DNA of 64,000 nt from Girardia tigrina (GCA_001938485.1 MQRK01254807.1:1-64000); one strand, 5' to 3'. Counted from the first letter of the stretch, positions 1 through 14,073 are shown. The notes: generated from the letters alone by a model not told the origin. Translations and numbers: made by a program.

Positions 1-148
1 CCCCCCCCCCGGGGGGGGGTTGTGTGTCGAATGCCCATTTTCCCCCTACTAAAATGATATTGGCCAAATGAAAAGCCTATATGTTTTGATGTGGGAATTA
101 TAAACAATGAATTTTTTTTTAAAGAGTAACAACTTTCGATTGATTTAG

Positions 149-397
149 GTTCCATTGGGGGCCGGAATAGCGCTAGCTCACAAATACAAAAAAGATAACG
201 GTGTGTGCCTCACTCTGTACGGAGACGGCGCTGCCAACCAGGGCCAGGTGTTTGAGGCGTACAATATTGCTAAACTATGGAATTTGCCATGCCTCTTCAT
301 TTGTGAGAACAATCATTTCGGAATGGGCACAAGCACCAAGCGGTCATCAGCGAGCATCAATTATTACACGCGCGGTGATTACATTCCAGGAATATGG
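149..397 (+). CDS. PDHA1: Pyruvate dehydrogenase E1 alpha subunit, internal exon (5' exons lie upstream of the window)
   Basis: ttag|GTT acceptor and TGG|gta donor; 249 bp, [10 protein letters not shown]...[10 protein letters not shown] (TPP-binding motif)...[11 protein letters not shown] (phospho-site 3)...IPGIW. Confidence 0.95.
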
Positions 398-610
398 GTA
401 TTGCTCTCTTTGCTTTTGATTGGATGTGTTGAATGAATGACGGAAAATAACTGATTGATTGTGTGTTTTTATGATAGGAATTCAATTCTGATTAATAACG
501 TATTATCTCTTACTGATAATATTCATAACAAATATGCAATTTGCAAATAAGAAAGTCTTTAAGCATCCGTTTAACTTTTATCCGGGCTTTTAAATCATAC
601 GGAAATTTTA

Positions 611-1380
611 TTGGGTTGGCCAAAAAGTCATTGCGTTTTTGAGTACGTCCTAATAAAAAGCTTGAAAGTATAAAACGATGTGATAAAATTGAAATTCAAT
701 TATATATTCTGAAACCTTAATTTTCAGACTACGTTTATATAAAATATTAATTGATTTTCTTTTAATTTATTACTTTATCGTCAATTCGAAATGGAAAATC
801 AAAATGAGCATATTCGTCATGTTTTGTTGCATTATTTTCGCAAAGGGGAAACCGCTGTGCAAGCTCATAAGAAGATATGTTTTGTATACGGTAGTGACTC
901 CTTAAAACTCTGACAGTGTCAATACTGGTTTTCTAAATTTCGTTCTGAAAAATTTCATCTGAAAAATGCACCACGCTCCGGTCGACCAGTTGAAGTTGAT
1001 GGCGATAAAATAACAGCACTGATCAAATCTAATCCACATATGACGACAAGAGAAGTTGCAGGACTCTGGAAATATCAAAATCAAGTGTTGGAAGTCATTT
1101 AAAGAAACTTGGATTCGTCAGTAAACTCGATATGTGGTTACCACATGAACTGAAAGAAATTCATTTGTTGAAACGTATAGACATTTGCGATTCCCTTTTG
1201 AAGCGAGAACAAAGAGATCCATTTTTGAAGCGCTTGATTACGGGTGACGAAAAATGGATTGTTTACAACAACGTGGTGAGCCTGCCAAAACGATCCCCAA
1301 AGCAGACATTCACCAAAAGAAGGTTATGCTTTCCGTCTGATGGGATTTTAAAGGAATTGTGTTTTTTGAACTCCTTCCGA
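611..1380 (+). mobile_element. Mariner (mellifera-like), 3'-truncated and frameshifted copy
   Basis: TA followed by TIR TTGGGTTGGCCAAAAAGTCATTGCGTTTTT; MENQNEHIRH at 791, WLPHEL, TGDEKW; near-identical to the copy at 31902. Confidence 0.9.
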
Positions 1381-1800
1381 GATGATTGCTTGTGACAATT
1401 CGACTCTGAATGCAGAAAGAATAATTCTGGTATCAACAATGTTTTTTCAAAGTGAAGATTACGTCTGCCGATGGATTTTGGTCCTATTAATCCGCAGCGT
1501 CAACAGAAGGTGGCAAATGGAGAGTTACTGATCGGAAACGAAGTGTTTGTTAAGCATACTCCTCCCTATTGTACGGCAGTGGCTGGTAAAAGTTATCGAA
1601 ATCCCGTATCACATTAGCCATGTGCGCCTGCACCTTTGACGACGGCAGTACAGTTACATCCAGAAGAGGACCAAACGAAAGAAGCCAATTCAGCAAGAGT
1701 ATTTAGCATCGACAATGACAATTGGTAGAAAACAGAACAAGACATTGCCTACAAGCTTTCAAACATCATTGATGCACTGATCAGGTCTATGCCAAGACGC
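1381..1800 (+). mobile_element. Probable Ty3/gypsy integrase C-terminal remnant
   Basis: Degenerate ..IGNEVFVKH..PYC...HISHVRL-like residues; GC content above background. Confidence 0.35.
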
Positions 1801-3229
1801 ACAATAAATGTAATTCTTACTAATTATTCAAATAAGATATCGAGCGAATTAAATATTTAAACCTTTTTTATAGACTTACACGACATTTTGCGTCTGCCTT
1901 TTCCATATAAATTCATTTAACTGCCCATAAAAACATCCAAAAATAAATATAAATTACTCAAATTGAAGTGACGAGAATTTATAGTTATCTCATACAGGTG
2001 ATAGTTTCTATTGTTCCTTGGCATTTAGTTCGTGATATCGTTTGTACCCGATTTATTTATAATACAAGATTATCGATGCATTAATTTTCCACTATTTATG
2101 TTACTATTTTCAAGAAAATTGCAAAATAAGTTGCATTTATTAAAGCATATGGTAAAGAACACTACGACATATGTAAATAAAAAGCTGGAATGTTCATTCA
2201 TCTACAGTCACACACAAACACAAAATTATTAGGTTAGGTACATCTTAATAATTTTCGAATTCCTAAAAATATATATTGATTTAATTAAGTTAATTGAAAA
2301 AAAGAAAATTTTAGTATAATTTTATGATTAATAAAATTTTGAAATCAGTTTATTAGCACTTGATCTAAATATTCTAATAAGTTCCTTGTCGTTCTATATC
2401 GTCAATTAAAAAATCATGTTGTGAGTATCTTCTCCAATTTAACCACACCCGATCACAGTTTCCAAGTCAGGAATAGTCGGCGATTGTACGAACAGACAGA
2501 CCAAACAATTAAATTAATAGAAAATCTAAAGAAAACGAATTATGAATAAAACTTATATTTTATTCACAAAAAATGTATGATACCATATTTTTAAATCGCA
2601 CGTCAAAATGCTGTATTTTCTATACAAACATTGTTTGTTATTTAAATTCGCTTATTGAATTTAATTTGAATTTTTATGTTGATCTTATTTCGATGTTCAA
2701 TTGTCATCGGTATAACAGTAAATTAGTTTTTTTAAATTTACAAAAATAATAAGAATAAAAAAATTAATATTGAAATTTTCTAAAAAACATATTTAAAAAT
2801 TTTAATTAATTTTAATTAATATACTCCGTGATTTTCATTTTGTGGCATTTAATTAACTCTTAAAGTATTATCCCTCCACTAGTCATTAGTTTGAACTTTT
2901 TAAATTCGCAAATGTATTTTGAGATGTCTAAAGATTCAAAAATCGTACAGTCCTAAATTTAAACTGTGGTGGTATCCACAAGTATAAGTTTCATTTGTAG
3001 CTCAGAAAATGTCTGCTTTGTGCACCGGTACATTGTCTAACACGAACAATAGTAAAGTGTTCCTTTGTCATCTTTGTTTTTACCAGGTTTCTGCAATGTC
3101 TTCTTTAAAATCGTTATTGTTACTCTTTACTCTTTTGATCCTAAAATACGGAAAGCATCATCGCTTATCTATGAATTATCCCTGTCCGCATCTTCATGGA
3201 CGACTTCTCTCAAGTTAATTTTCATTCTA

Positions 3230-3834
3230 CCAATTTATGTTTGATTTCAGGCAAGTAGTTATTGAATGGGGTTTATTTCTCTCTAATAAAATTTGCAAGT
3301 AACGTCAATCCATATTTTTCGAAATGGACAAAGTTGGTTTTACAGCTTTTCATTTGATTCTGCACCATCTCATCAGTCCGGAAATGGGAAACTTATTTTG
3401 ATCATAGTTTGTTTGATGTCCATTGCATTCAATTTTGTTGATATCGTATCGAGACTGATATTCAATTGACGCTATTCTTGAATGATTTTCTGCAGTTTTT
3501 CAACCATAGAGTTCAAAGTTTTTCTGGGATGGCTTGCTTTTTCTTTATCATGAAATGAGGTGCGTCCTCGTTTAAAATTTCTAAACAATATTTCAGAGTT
3601 GTCAGCATGAGGTCCATCGTCCAGATATCCCAACTGCAGAAGAACAGATTTATCGCTCAACGTTTTCTTTTATCATGAATAAGTCTAAAATTCAAATTTC
3701 CTCTCAAATATTTCTACTACAGATTGAAAGGTAAACAAAACCAATATTTAATACATCTTTGGATAAAAGTGTTCTTTTAAAATTTTCACGTCTTTAGATA
3801 TATTTTTTTCATATCATATCTGGTACTTATTGAA
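3230..3834 (-). mobile_element. Degenerate mariner (irritans-like) 5' part; its TIR is split by a MULE and resumes at 5648-5658
   Basis: FRNFKRGRTSFHDKEKASHP HTH-like motif; rejoined TIR ggtacttattgaa|cgcattaca-ta resembles the TIRs at 30115-30135 and about 35157. Confidence 0.6.
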
Positions 3835-5638
3835 GGATATACGTCAATTCAGCGCGACGACAATTCAATGCGAAGCAATTATCGAAAACTTAAAACAAAT
3901 GAATAATTTTTTTTATCGTTGAGCAAACTCTTCTACGCCCTCAGGAGCGACATGTTCATAATCGGTCTCTTCCATTGCTAACATGCCCTCCTGAGGTTCA
4001 TCATATTTCTCTATGTTTATTCTACTTATTCTCTGGATCCCGCTTGGAACTATTCCATCACGGTGATAAGACCACTTGGCTGCCGAGTATTTTACATTAG
4101 ATACCGAGCAGCCAATTGCGATTTGTCTTATCACCTTTGGCAGGATCTTTAGAGTTGTGAGTATGTCAGTGCTCCTTTTCGGCCACGTCCCTAGGCACCC
4201 TACCTGGAGGGGGAGCACTGTTACAGTCGTCTCTGGCATTACTGCCCTGCAAGCAACAGCAAGAGCCTCTTAATGATGGAGATTCTCCCTGTTGTTATTC
4301 TCCATATTCTTCTTCGTGTCATATGGACACTTGACATCTATCAGGTATAGCATCTTAGATCCTTGGACGTATACCTGAAGATCCACTCGATCTTGTGAAG
4401 GAGCATATCGACACTCAAAATTTATGTCGAGTTTGCAGTCTAAATACTGAGTTATTTGCTCCCCAACACAATAAAGGACCGAGTTGTGCCTATAATTCCA
4501 GAACCCTTCACTGTACATACATCCTGTAAGTACATGAACCAATGTTTCCTCACTATGAGGGCATATACGACAGGGTCCCCCGTTCTTGTTAATTAACAAC
4601 CCGGTCGGTAGTTAACAAAAAAAATATTTAGCTTTTAAAATTAAAAAGCTCAGTGATTGTTCAGTTGTCCGATAATTCAATGCATGGGTAAATTAAAGTT
4701 AAACAATAAGAACTTAAACACAAATAAAAATATAATAAACAAACAATTAAAGCATTTACTAATATTAAAGATAAGGTTACCAAAAAATAAAGCAACATCT
4801 ATTAGTGTGGAAATATCAATTTGCTGAATATTTCAATTAGATTTACAATTGAAAATTGTGTGCTATACCTCGTAAATATTCTAGAATTGTTCGATTTTAA
4901 TAATCTTGAACAAATGTTTAAATTCTTTTGGCGACGTCATTATATTTTTTGTAGTCTTCCTTTCATCCCATAATATATTATGTTCAATTTTTAATCGGCA
5001 TAAACTCTGTTCCTTTTTCAAAGCTTTAATAAATTTCCAAATATTTGGATGGGTTGCATTTATCGTACTCGAAAAACAATTATGCCAACCTTAAATTGAA
5101 TTATTAATGCGTGGAATTTTATCAATTGCAGTTTGATATACATTCCATAAATGAATTGCGAATTCCGATACTTTTCTTACTCCTCTTTTATCGTTCTATC
5201 CACGTTTCTTCAAAATAATTTATTACATCTCTTAATAAATGTTCATCATCTACAAAAAATTCACTGTCAATTTTTTCACTACCAACTGATGTAAGTTTAG
5301 TGCAAAATTATCATCTTCTGAATATTTATTTTGCAAACCAGAACTTTGAATGTGTATCCATAAAAAATGACAAAAGTGGAAGAAACGTCCTTTAATGTTC
5401 ACATTTGAAAATATTTCTCTAAATGATTTCATTGCCGCAATTTTTAATAAAATTGTTAAAATCATTTGTTTCATATCGTTAGTTAAAACAACTTTTTCAT
5501 ATGTAACTATGCAGTATGGTATCACAATTTTGCATTTTATATATTAAATTATTAAACCTCATTAAAATGAATAAATCATTAATAAAACTGTTTTTGTCAT
5601 AAAACTCAATTGTCACCGCGCTGAATTGATGCGATACT
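3835..5638 (-). mobile_element. MULE/Mutator-like element, degenerate
   Basis: Inverted ends (caattcagcgcg..gacaatt / aattgtc..cgcgctgaattg), 9 bp direct repeat CTTATTGAA on both sides, transposase remnants FFHFCHFLWIHIQSSGL and GWHN..HPNIWKFIKALKKE. Confidence 0.8.
3913..4610 (-). mobile_element. R2/NeSL-type non-LTR retrotransposon 3' fragment (CCHC plus restriction-like endonuclease), nested in the MULE
   Basis: CRICPHSEETLVHVLTGC, RHNSV, RVDL...LIDVKCP, then LPLQVGCLGTW. Confidence 0.8.
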
Positions 5639-6149
5639 CTTATTGAACGCATTACATATATACATTTACAATATGCATATATGCATTTACATATGTATAT
5701 AATAACGACTCGAAAGACAAAATAGGACGAAAAATAAAAAATGCGGAATAAAATTTGTCTAACAACTCGTTTATGAATTGACGGGAAACTATTGCTGCTA
5801 AATTTTAATATTTTGCCTATCGAGTTTGTGAGAAGTGGTTGCAACATCAATATCAGAATTCATTTTTTAATGCCAAAATTTATAAATATAACAATAATTC
5901 ACATATTTCAACAAATTTTTCTGTTAATTTAATTATCTCGCCACAAATTAATTCATTAAATTTTTCGATTCAATTTTAAAATTTTGCAAATTTATTAAAT
6001 AAATTTCACATTATAACTAAAAATTTATTTTAAAATTTATTTAAAATTGTTTCATAACTAATATTAAAATAAAAATTGTTGTGACTGTAAAAATATTTTT
6101 ATTTATAAATAAATATTTAAGATTTTGTGTTCACAATTTGATAATTACT

Positions 6150-6345
6150 GGGAGAGGGTGATGTGTGAAGCATTGTTGATTAAATCTTTTGATCCTAAAA
6201 TCAATGTCCAAACACCATCCTCTTCAACTTTATTGAAAGTATAATGATTACATAAACATTGCTTTGATATATAAACGCGAGTATATCATTGTTAATTCAG
6301 TCTGATGATGACGGTTGATCCGTCGAAATTAATAACAATAAATTC
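6150..6345 (+). mobile_element. Penelope-like 3' end with a degenerate minimal hammerhead motif
   Basis: ERVMCEALLIKSFDPKINVQ (GIY-YIG C-terminus-like), then CTGATGA-T-GACGG-ttgat-CCGTC-GAAA-TTAA-TA at 6302. Confidence 0.6.
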
Positions 6346-6937
6346 TGATGATCGTTTTTTGTTTTTTAATGGTTTTCTTATCATTTTTAATTTTAAGATA
6401 TTTAATTGATACATTAAAAAGATATTTTTTATTTTTAAAAAGATATTTAATTTTTTATGATTTTCCTTTATTATATCATTTTAATTTTTAAAATATTTAA
6501 AAAACACATTAAAAACATATTTTATTTTTAAATACGTATTTGATTTTTAATAGTTGTTGATATTATATCATTTTTTAATTCTAAAATATTTAAGAAGCAT
6601 ATTAACATTAAAATTAAAAAAATAATAAATTATTCTGGCGAGATGCTAATTTAAATTAACCCCTCATAGAGTTATTGTATTGTTTATTCTCCCCTACCCA
6701 AATTCTATTTCATTTGATTGTTTCATTATTTTGTGTTAAAATTTTTTTATTTGCCTTATTACTGGTCGTAATTCATATATATTTATATATCAAGTATGTT
6801 ATCATAGTAGCTTCAAATATTTAATTTTTAAACACCTTTATAAAGATTTATATAATTAGTGTTTCTTTATATCTTTTCATTGAGTATTTTAATGAATAAT
6901 TAGATCGTGATCTCTGAATGTATTAATATATAATTAT

Positions 6938-7889
6938 ACTAGAAAAAGACTCGTCATGTATGACAGGTGAGCTAACTTTTCGTCTTTGAAAGTTTCTGTT
7001 TTATAAATTTATTTTGAAACATTTTTTTTTGTTTTTTACTTTTAATTAATTACTACATTGATTTTTTCAATTTATTAAATTTTTATTGTTTTATTGAGAA
7101 ACAATTTACAACTGCATTTTGAGATTAAAAGTTTACTAAATAATAATTTAACATAAAAGAAACCAATTCTAATTTTAATTTTCAAATATTTTTAAAAGTA
7201 GAAAAAAATATTTTTATTGTTTTTTTATATATATTAAGAACATTTATACAAGTCGCGTTTGAATTTTTATTACAATCACATTTAGATTCATTATGACTCT
7301 AAGAAAGTCTTTCATCGTTTGTCATCATTCTAATTGGTTTTATTATTTTCCTTTTTAATCATGATTATTCGAACAATTTTTCTAAGTCATTTTTTTAAAT
7401 ATATTAATTAAAAATAATAAATTTTACCATTTCTCAAGAAATCCCAAAATAATAATGTTATCAAATTATTAAAAATACATTTAATTTAAATTTTACCAAA
7501 AAATATTAAACTTAATTTTAATTGTTAAATTAAAAATATGAACTTATAAAATGATTATTTTAATTATGTTCGAATAGTCAATCACTTTAAATTTAAATAA
7601 AAATACCAATTTCCATCTGGGTGGGAGAATCACCATTCTAAATTCAACATACTTAAATCAACATACAACATCCATACATTTACACATTCATACAATTTAA
7701 AATATTCCTCACAATATATTTACAAATTTTAATGACTTTCTTCCGATATGAATTCACACACGCACAGACCGATGTATTATTCAATTCATTGTTTTTAATT
7801 AACATACAAACACTTGAATAAAGTGACACACAAACTCGAGTGAATACACATATTGCGTTACGCAGATGACACATTGGGCTTATACTAGT
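6938..7889 (+). mobile_element. Probable non-autonomous Helitron-like element
   Basis: Starts ACTAG with an imperfect hairpin (gtcatgtatgac) and ends ..gggcttatACTAGT; about 500 bp of its interior recurs near-identically at 22280-22785. Confidence 0.45.
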
Positions 7890-8816
7890 ATATATAATGC
7901 AATTTAATTACATTTGGTGTTAATACATTTTTTAAAATAGAGATCATTTTCAATAAAGATCATTATCAACTAGTAAAAAGTAGTGAATTTTAGTAGTGGT
8001 TTTTAATATGTATTCAATTGATTTTTTGTCGATTTTTATTGATTCTAAATACCTCGTTTTATATTGTGTAAATGAAAATTATTGTTGTGCACTAAATTCA
8101 CAACATTTTGAAATATATTAAAACAATAACTAAACAGATACAAAAAATTTCATAACAATTAAATATAAAAAATCAACAAAACAAATCTTAAAAAAATATT
8201 AATAAAGAAAAATATCAAAAATAATCACAAAAAAGAATTTGTTTTAATAAATTAAAATACACGAGAAAAGAAGTAAAAAGTCAAAGTGCCGGACAATTTT
8301 TCCGCCGATTTACTAAATTTTTTTTACTTACATGTCTGTAAATAATAATAAAGGTCTATTGGGTTTCGATTTTCTATCTTTTATAAAGAAAACAATTTCA
8401 CGGAACGACTGACCCGACAGTTGTTAAATACGTTTTTCATAATGGAAAAAATGTCGAACGGGTGGAACCAAGTTGATTTAATTGAATCAGCCTCTGTCTT
8501 TTGTTTTAGGAAATTCTACTCCCGAAACTATTACGGCTGTACTCCCCACCTGTAATAATTATAATTTGTATAATATCTGTATAAATCTTTTCTCTCTAAA
8601 ATCTGTAATTTTATAATATGTTAGATTTGATTTTCTAATGTCAATTAGGGAAAAGTTATCATCAGATAGGACAATTTTTTCCAAAACATTTAAATATAGA
8701 TACCCATTAAATAATTCGTTGAACAATCTTGAAACATTGTCACAAGAAATATCAAATGATTGAATTTAATTAACTTTCAAAAAATGGACGGAGAAGATAT
8801 ATTACAATCACTACTA

Positions 8817-9642
8817 TGAGGGGTTAGTTCAAATTTTCAATTCACTGAATAATTAAATGTTTTAAATGTAAAAATTTTACAAAAATTAAATAATAAAAAA
8901 TAGAGTTTAAAATCAAAAAAATTGAAAAGTTGATATATTTCAGTTGAAAGTTTTAAAATAAAAATTTTAAAAGAAATAATACAACAAAATTAAAGTTTTT
9001 GTGTAAATTTATATATCAAGCTGCTACAAAAGTTTTTTACGAAATTAAATATTTTTTTTACAAATTAATTTTAAAATTAGATGTTTATAAATGTAAAATT
9101 AGTTTTATTGTGTTTAGAATATTTTTAAAAAATACATAATAAAGACTTAGTTTAAGTAAAATTTTCAACAAATAAAATGTGTTTAATAATAAATATTTTT
9201 AAAATGTTATTAGTTGATTGCATCTTATTTAAATGAAATAAATTAATTTTATAGGCAATAAAATTTTATAAAAGCATTCTAAAAATAATAATAAAGTTTT
9301 AATTAAAAAGGAAAGTTCAAAAATATGTTATCGAATATAATAAATTATTTTTAAAGTTTTTACACATTCATTGGATTTTATTTAATGGAATAAATTAATT
9401 TTATTTGTCATATAATTTTAAAAATAATAAAAATTTTAAATAATAAAATGTCAAAAATAAGTTATAGAATATAATACATTATGTTTTTTTACAAATTTAA
9501 AGTAAAATAAAATTTATGAGGCGAGACAAAAATTTTAATTAACGAAAATTTGTTTGAAAATTGGGAGTTGTGATATTAATAAATTTTTGGTAATAAATTA
9601 TGACTTCTGAATTGGATAATAATGAGTGGCATAAACTCTACT
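8817..9642 (-). repeat. Interspersed AT-rich repeat family with asymmetric ends (other copies at about 5850-6666, 48218-48683, 62596-63220)
   Basis: Shared ends AGTAGCGTTTATGCCAC and AACTAACCCCTCA|TA, here in reverse orientation. Confidence 0.7.
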
Positions 9643-11329
9643 TTCAACTATAAATAAACAAAAAAAACAGATTGATGCAAAAATATCATTAAATTAAAAG
9701 AAATTAAAAACATTAATTTAAGTATTTTATTTTAGAGTAATTAAAAATAAATGACATATTGGATTTTAAATATCCAAGCGATAATCTTTGCAGATATTTG
9801 ATAATTCAAAATCATAATCAGTTTCTTTATGTCATTGTGTATTTTTTTGCCTGATTGAGCTCAATTATTCTATTTGCATTTATTGCTCTTCTGCCGAAGA
9901 ATTTCATCGATTATTACAGAAATAAAAAATAAAAACAGACTGAAATAGATCCTTATGAGGTCAAACAATTTAATTTTGTTAGCCAAATCATCTCAATACT
10001 ATTTTTCCTCTGTTATCTAATTAGATCCTTACACAAAAATCATTTACGAACTAAAAAACTTTACGTTTAGAGACATATGATCCATTCCAAAAATTAAAAT
10101 TAAATCAGAAAATATTTGGGGACCGAAATATTTACTTTTTATAAAGTACACCTTTTAAGTACACGAATTATTCTTCAATCATAGATTATTTGATATTCGA
10201 ACTATTATTTACTTCCACATACAGACTCTGTAAATGTATTTTTGCATTAACTATCCTCATCTGATATTGTCATCTAATATCAAATTTCTTCCTATGTTCC
10301 TCGATCTTTCCGTTAGCTGTTGTTAATTCCAATATATATTTATACACCTAATTTTTCATTATTATTAACAAGTATTTGATCAAAGGTTAATGCTAAAAGA
10401 AAACAAAATTTCATGCTGGAAAATTACAAAGAAAATCTCGAAAGCCTAAAATATTATACATGTGATGTTACCATTCAACACCAAATTGAAGACCTTTTAG
10501 AGATTTTAATTGTCATTTTTAATATTTATGTTATTTTCCAATTTTTATTTTAAGAACATTTCTGCATATTCTATTTAAAGTAAACATTTACCTTACCTAG
10601 AAGCAAAGAACAACGATGGTTTCAGTGAGGATAAGAAACAAGATGATGAAATTTCAATAAGTAAGAATCATACCATCAATCGGTACCCTATCATTTATCA
10701 TTATCAATTAATTTCAGATGATGTTATACATCAATCTTTTTTTCAAAAATAATTCATTTTTGTGTACAAAGCCTAAATATACTTAACCAAATTCTTTATC
10801 ATTATTTTATTATATTGAATATTTTTACTGATTGATAATTAATTCTTTTTCTAAATAGTGAACAAAGAAAAAATATCACTTCAATAATCTTTTATTAAAC
10901 ATGTAGTGCATTAAATATATGTTTATTGAAGTAATATTTTTTTGCTATGTATGATTATAAAGTTTAAAAAACCCAATCCGCTGTCATTCAGTTCTCCATG
11001 TTTAGTGACCTTTCTATATTTTGAAGTAATTATTACTCCAAATGGGTTTGTCTTCCGTTTTGTTTTAATTTTCCATTTTCCAAATTTTTCTTTAGCATTA
11101 CTTGCATTTGGATTTTCTTGAAAAGTAATCTTTCGTAACGTTGCAGTTGTCGGTCATAATTAAATAAACAAGGATTTAATATATCCATTGTTATTTTTTT
11201 ATATTCATTGATTATTAGGCCGTCAAGTATGAAATTAGTAGAAATAAAGTCAAAGTTTATTGATAATTTACCAATACAAATATTTTTATCATTCATCAAA
11301 GTATGCATCAATATTATCGACAATTTTTT

Positions 11330-11960
11330 TCCATTTGAGCGGCAGCTTGATAAGGCCATTTGAATAAAAACTTAGTGGGCGAGAATCTATAAATTCCTCG
11401 AAGGCAATTTTTACGGTATCTTCGGAACCGGATTTTTTTCCTATCAAAACGTTGTTCAAATTGAGAAAGAAATAATATTAAGTTCGCGTTAGGTCTGGTG
11501 AGTATGGAGGATGATGTAGATGTTCCAACTCAAGTTCCTGTAGTTTTGTCAAGGTCTTAAGTGTAGTATGCGGTTTTGCATTGTCGTGAAGCAAAATGGG
11601 AGTTGACCTGTTTACCAAACGTGGCTGTTTTTCTTTGAGTTTCCGAAAAATATCTTCTAATTGATTGCAGTAGACATCTGCTGTGATCGATGAATCAAGT
11701 TTCATGAAGTCATAATGGATTACATCTGAAACAGACCACCAAACACTCACCATCAGCTTCTTTTGATGAAAGTTGTGCGTTGGACTGTGTTTCGGTGCTT
11801 AATTCGTGTTCATCTATCTTGCTGAACTTTTGCCTTTTTTATAATAAGCGACGATTTGGTTGAAAAAGTGATCACATTTGTAATGAGAAAGCATCATTAA
11901 GCAAGCATCTAAACGCCTTTTGTTTCTGACTCACGTGGAATTCACTTATCCAACTTAATT
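11330..11960 (-). mobile_element. Mariner transposase fragment (cecropia-like)
   Basis: MVSVWWS...LLHDNAKPH...HPPYSPDL motifs. Confidence 0.85.
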
Positions 11961-13616
11961 TGTCAGAATAAGTTACCGGTGTTTACTATATACTGTAGCC
12001 TCAGACGTTAAAAACATGACCATGAATAAGATGACCATTAAAAATAATTTTGACGCATACAAAAATGAACAAGTTAAATTTAATATTAAATTTAACCCTT
12101 TTTACGCGTTAAATGTGCACGAATGGTCACTGTTAATGTATTAATTAATATAACAAATATCGTCTTGCAGTGTCTCAACATTTTTTTGTTCCTTATAACT
12201 CTAATATGTGTACTTGATTTGAAAAATTTTGCATCTTTTTCGATGGAATTTGGTAGTGTTTTAAACACTAAAATTTATAATCACATCCCATGTCAATTCA
12301 TATTATTTATCATTTAATTAAATATCAATGTTTCATTTATAAACATGTTTTCTTAAACGTCATTTTTATTAGATAATTTGGTTACTTTTTTAAAATCTCT
12401 GTGTAAGTTGGTACACTTGATTTAAGTAATGTGTATGTAGATGTACGTCAAATTTAAAACTTTCAGCATAATGCACTCTCCAGTATAACGAATATTTCTT
12501 ATACTCCACCACTATTCTTTAGAACGAGATTCGACTTTACATGTATGTACATTCTATATGTATAATCAACACATTTTTACTGTTCTAAGTTTATAACTTT
12601 ATAATTAACTAAAAAAATTAACAATTATTGAGTAGTATGCAAGAAAAGAAGTTAAGTTTTACCAAATGCTACATAGAAAATACTTAGCAAAAACTAAGAT
12701 TCTTATGCAAAAAAAGAATTTAGCCCTAATATTAACTGTCTAGTAATTACTTAAGCGTTGCTATGGCTCTTGATTAATCAAATGTACTTTTAAATTATTT
12801 AATTTTTTAGCAACCTTTTTCCTTTTGTAATCCTTAAATGACAATATTGTTAATAGAGGTATTTTTTAGCTTTTGCATTTTATTAATTGCAAATAAAATA
12901 AACTAGATCTTTAAAATTTTTTTAAAAGGCTGGTTTTTATTTTAATAAACTTTGCATTTTAAATGTTATTAAAATAAAAAATTTCAAAATGAAATATTAT
13001 CGTGATAATCTTTAAACTCAATTGACCCTTTTTCATGAAAATTTCCTGGGGCCCCTAATCCGATTTTCGGAAATTATTTGTAATTAAAACACATTTTTCT
13101 AACTTCCCATTCCTTCAATATGAAAAATATTTAAAATCAAAGCATTCAAGACATTCATCATATAGATTAGAAGAATCATCTAAATAGCTCCAGAACTATA
13201 CATTATTCACACTAGCATTTGCTAGACTAAACGTTAGCATTTGCTACATAGTTTTTACTCATTTTATTATCTTGCATAATAATTGGCCCCTGGCAATTGC
13301 TACTAGCATTTATTACCTAGCAAATGCTTCAAATTTAGGGTATTTTCTTTTCTTGCATACCGCTGTTTAAAAATGAAATAAAAAATCTGTGTGTTTAAAT
13401 AAAGAATAATATTTTCAAATTATATTGTTACAAATTAACACTGTTCCTGCAACCGGCCGAAAACTGTTACAATTTGGACTCATCACTGTGAAAATGTAAT
13501 GACAGATAAATGATTATTTCTGATCGAAAATTTTAAATTTACATTCCTCATTTTATAAAAAAATATTTTCTTTTAAATATCGGTCTTTCATTTTTATAAA
13601 TATTGAAATGAAAAAG

Positions 13617-13865
13617 GTCGATGGAATGGACGTTCTAACCGTTAGAGAAGCTATTAGATTCGCAACTAAATGGTGTCGTGATGGTCACGGTCCCATGGTA
13701 ATTGAAATGGAAACCTACCGGTATTCAGGGCATAGTATGAGTGATCCCGGTACCAGTTACCGTACTCGAGAAGAGGTTCAAGCTGTTCGAAAAGAAAAAG
13801 ATCCAATAACTCTTTTTAGCCGCGCCCTTCAAACATCTGGCTTAATAGATGAAGAAAGTTTGAAA
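13617..13865 (+). CDS. PDHA1: Pyruvate dehydrogenase E1 alpha subunit, penultimate exon
   Basis: In-frame continuation VDGMDVLTV...TYRYSGHSMSDPGTSYRTREE (phospho-sites 1 and 2); aag|GTC acceptor, AAA|gtaatt donor. Confidence 0.95.
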
Positions 13866-13911
13866 GTAATTTACAATATAAGTTGGTGGAGTTATTTTGG
13901 TTTGTGATTAG

Positions 13912-14073
13912 AAAATCGAGAAGGAAGTAAAAGACGAAGTAAATGCAGCAATGGAACAGTGTAAAACTGACAAAGAACCGGAAGTGGCGGAAGCGTACAC
14001 TCATTTGTACAGCCAATCAGATGCGCTCATTCGCGGCTGTGATAGCATGACCTGGATCAAGTCCCACAAATAA
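13912..14073 (+). CDS. PDHA1: Pyruvate dehydrogenase E1 alpha subunit, last exon
   Basis: 46 bp GT-AG intron, then KIEKEVKDEVNAAMEQCKTDKEPEVAEAYTHLY...IRGCDSMTWIKSHK-TAA; AATAAA at about 14110. Confidence 0.9.
   Translation, partial: KIEKEVKDEVNAAMEQCKTDKEPEVAEAYTHLYSQSDALIRGCDSMTWIKSHK

Noticed and set aside
1-60. C10-G run at the window start
   Set aside because: Looks like low-quality contig-edge sequence; no supportable function.
10100-10345. Possible GIY-YIG remnants (also at about 55260-55380)
   Set aside because: Only faint YIG..EH-like traces; not enough to call without an HMM search.
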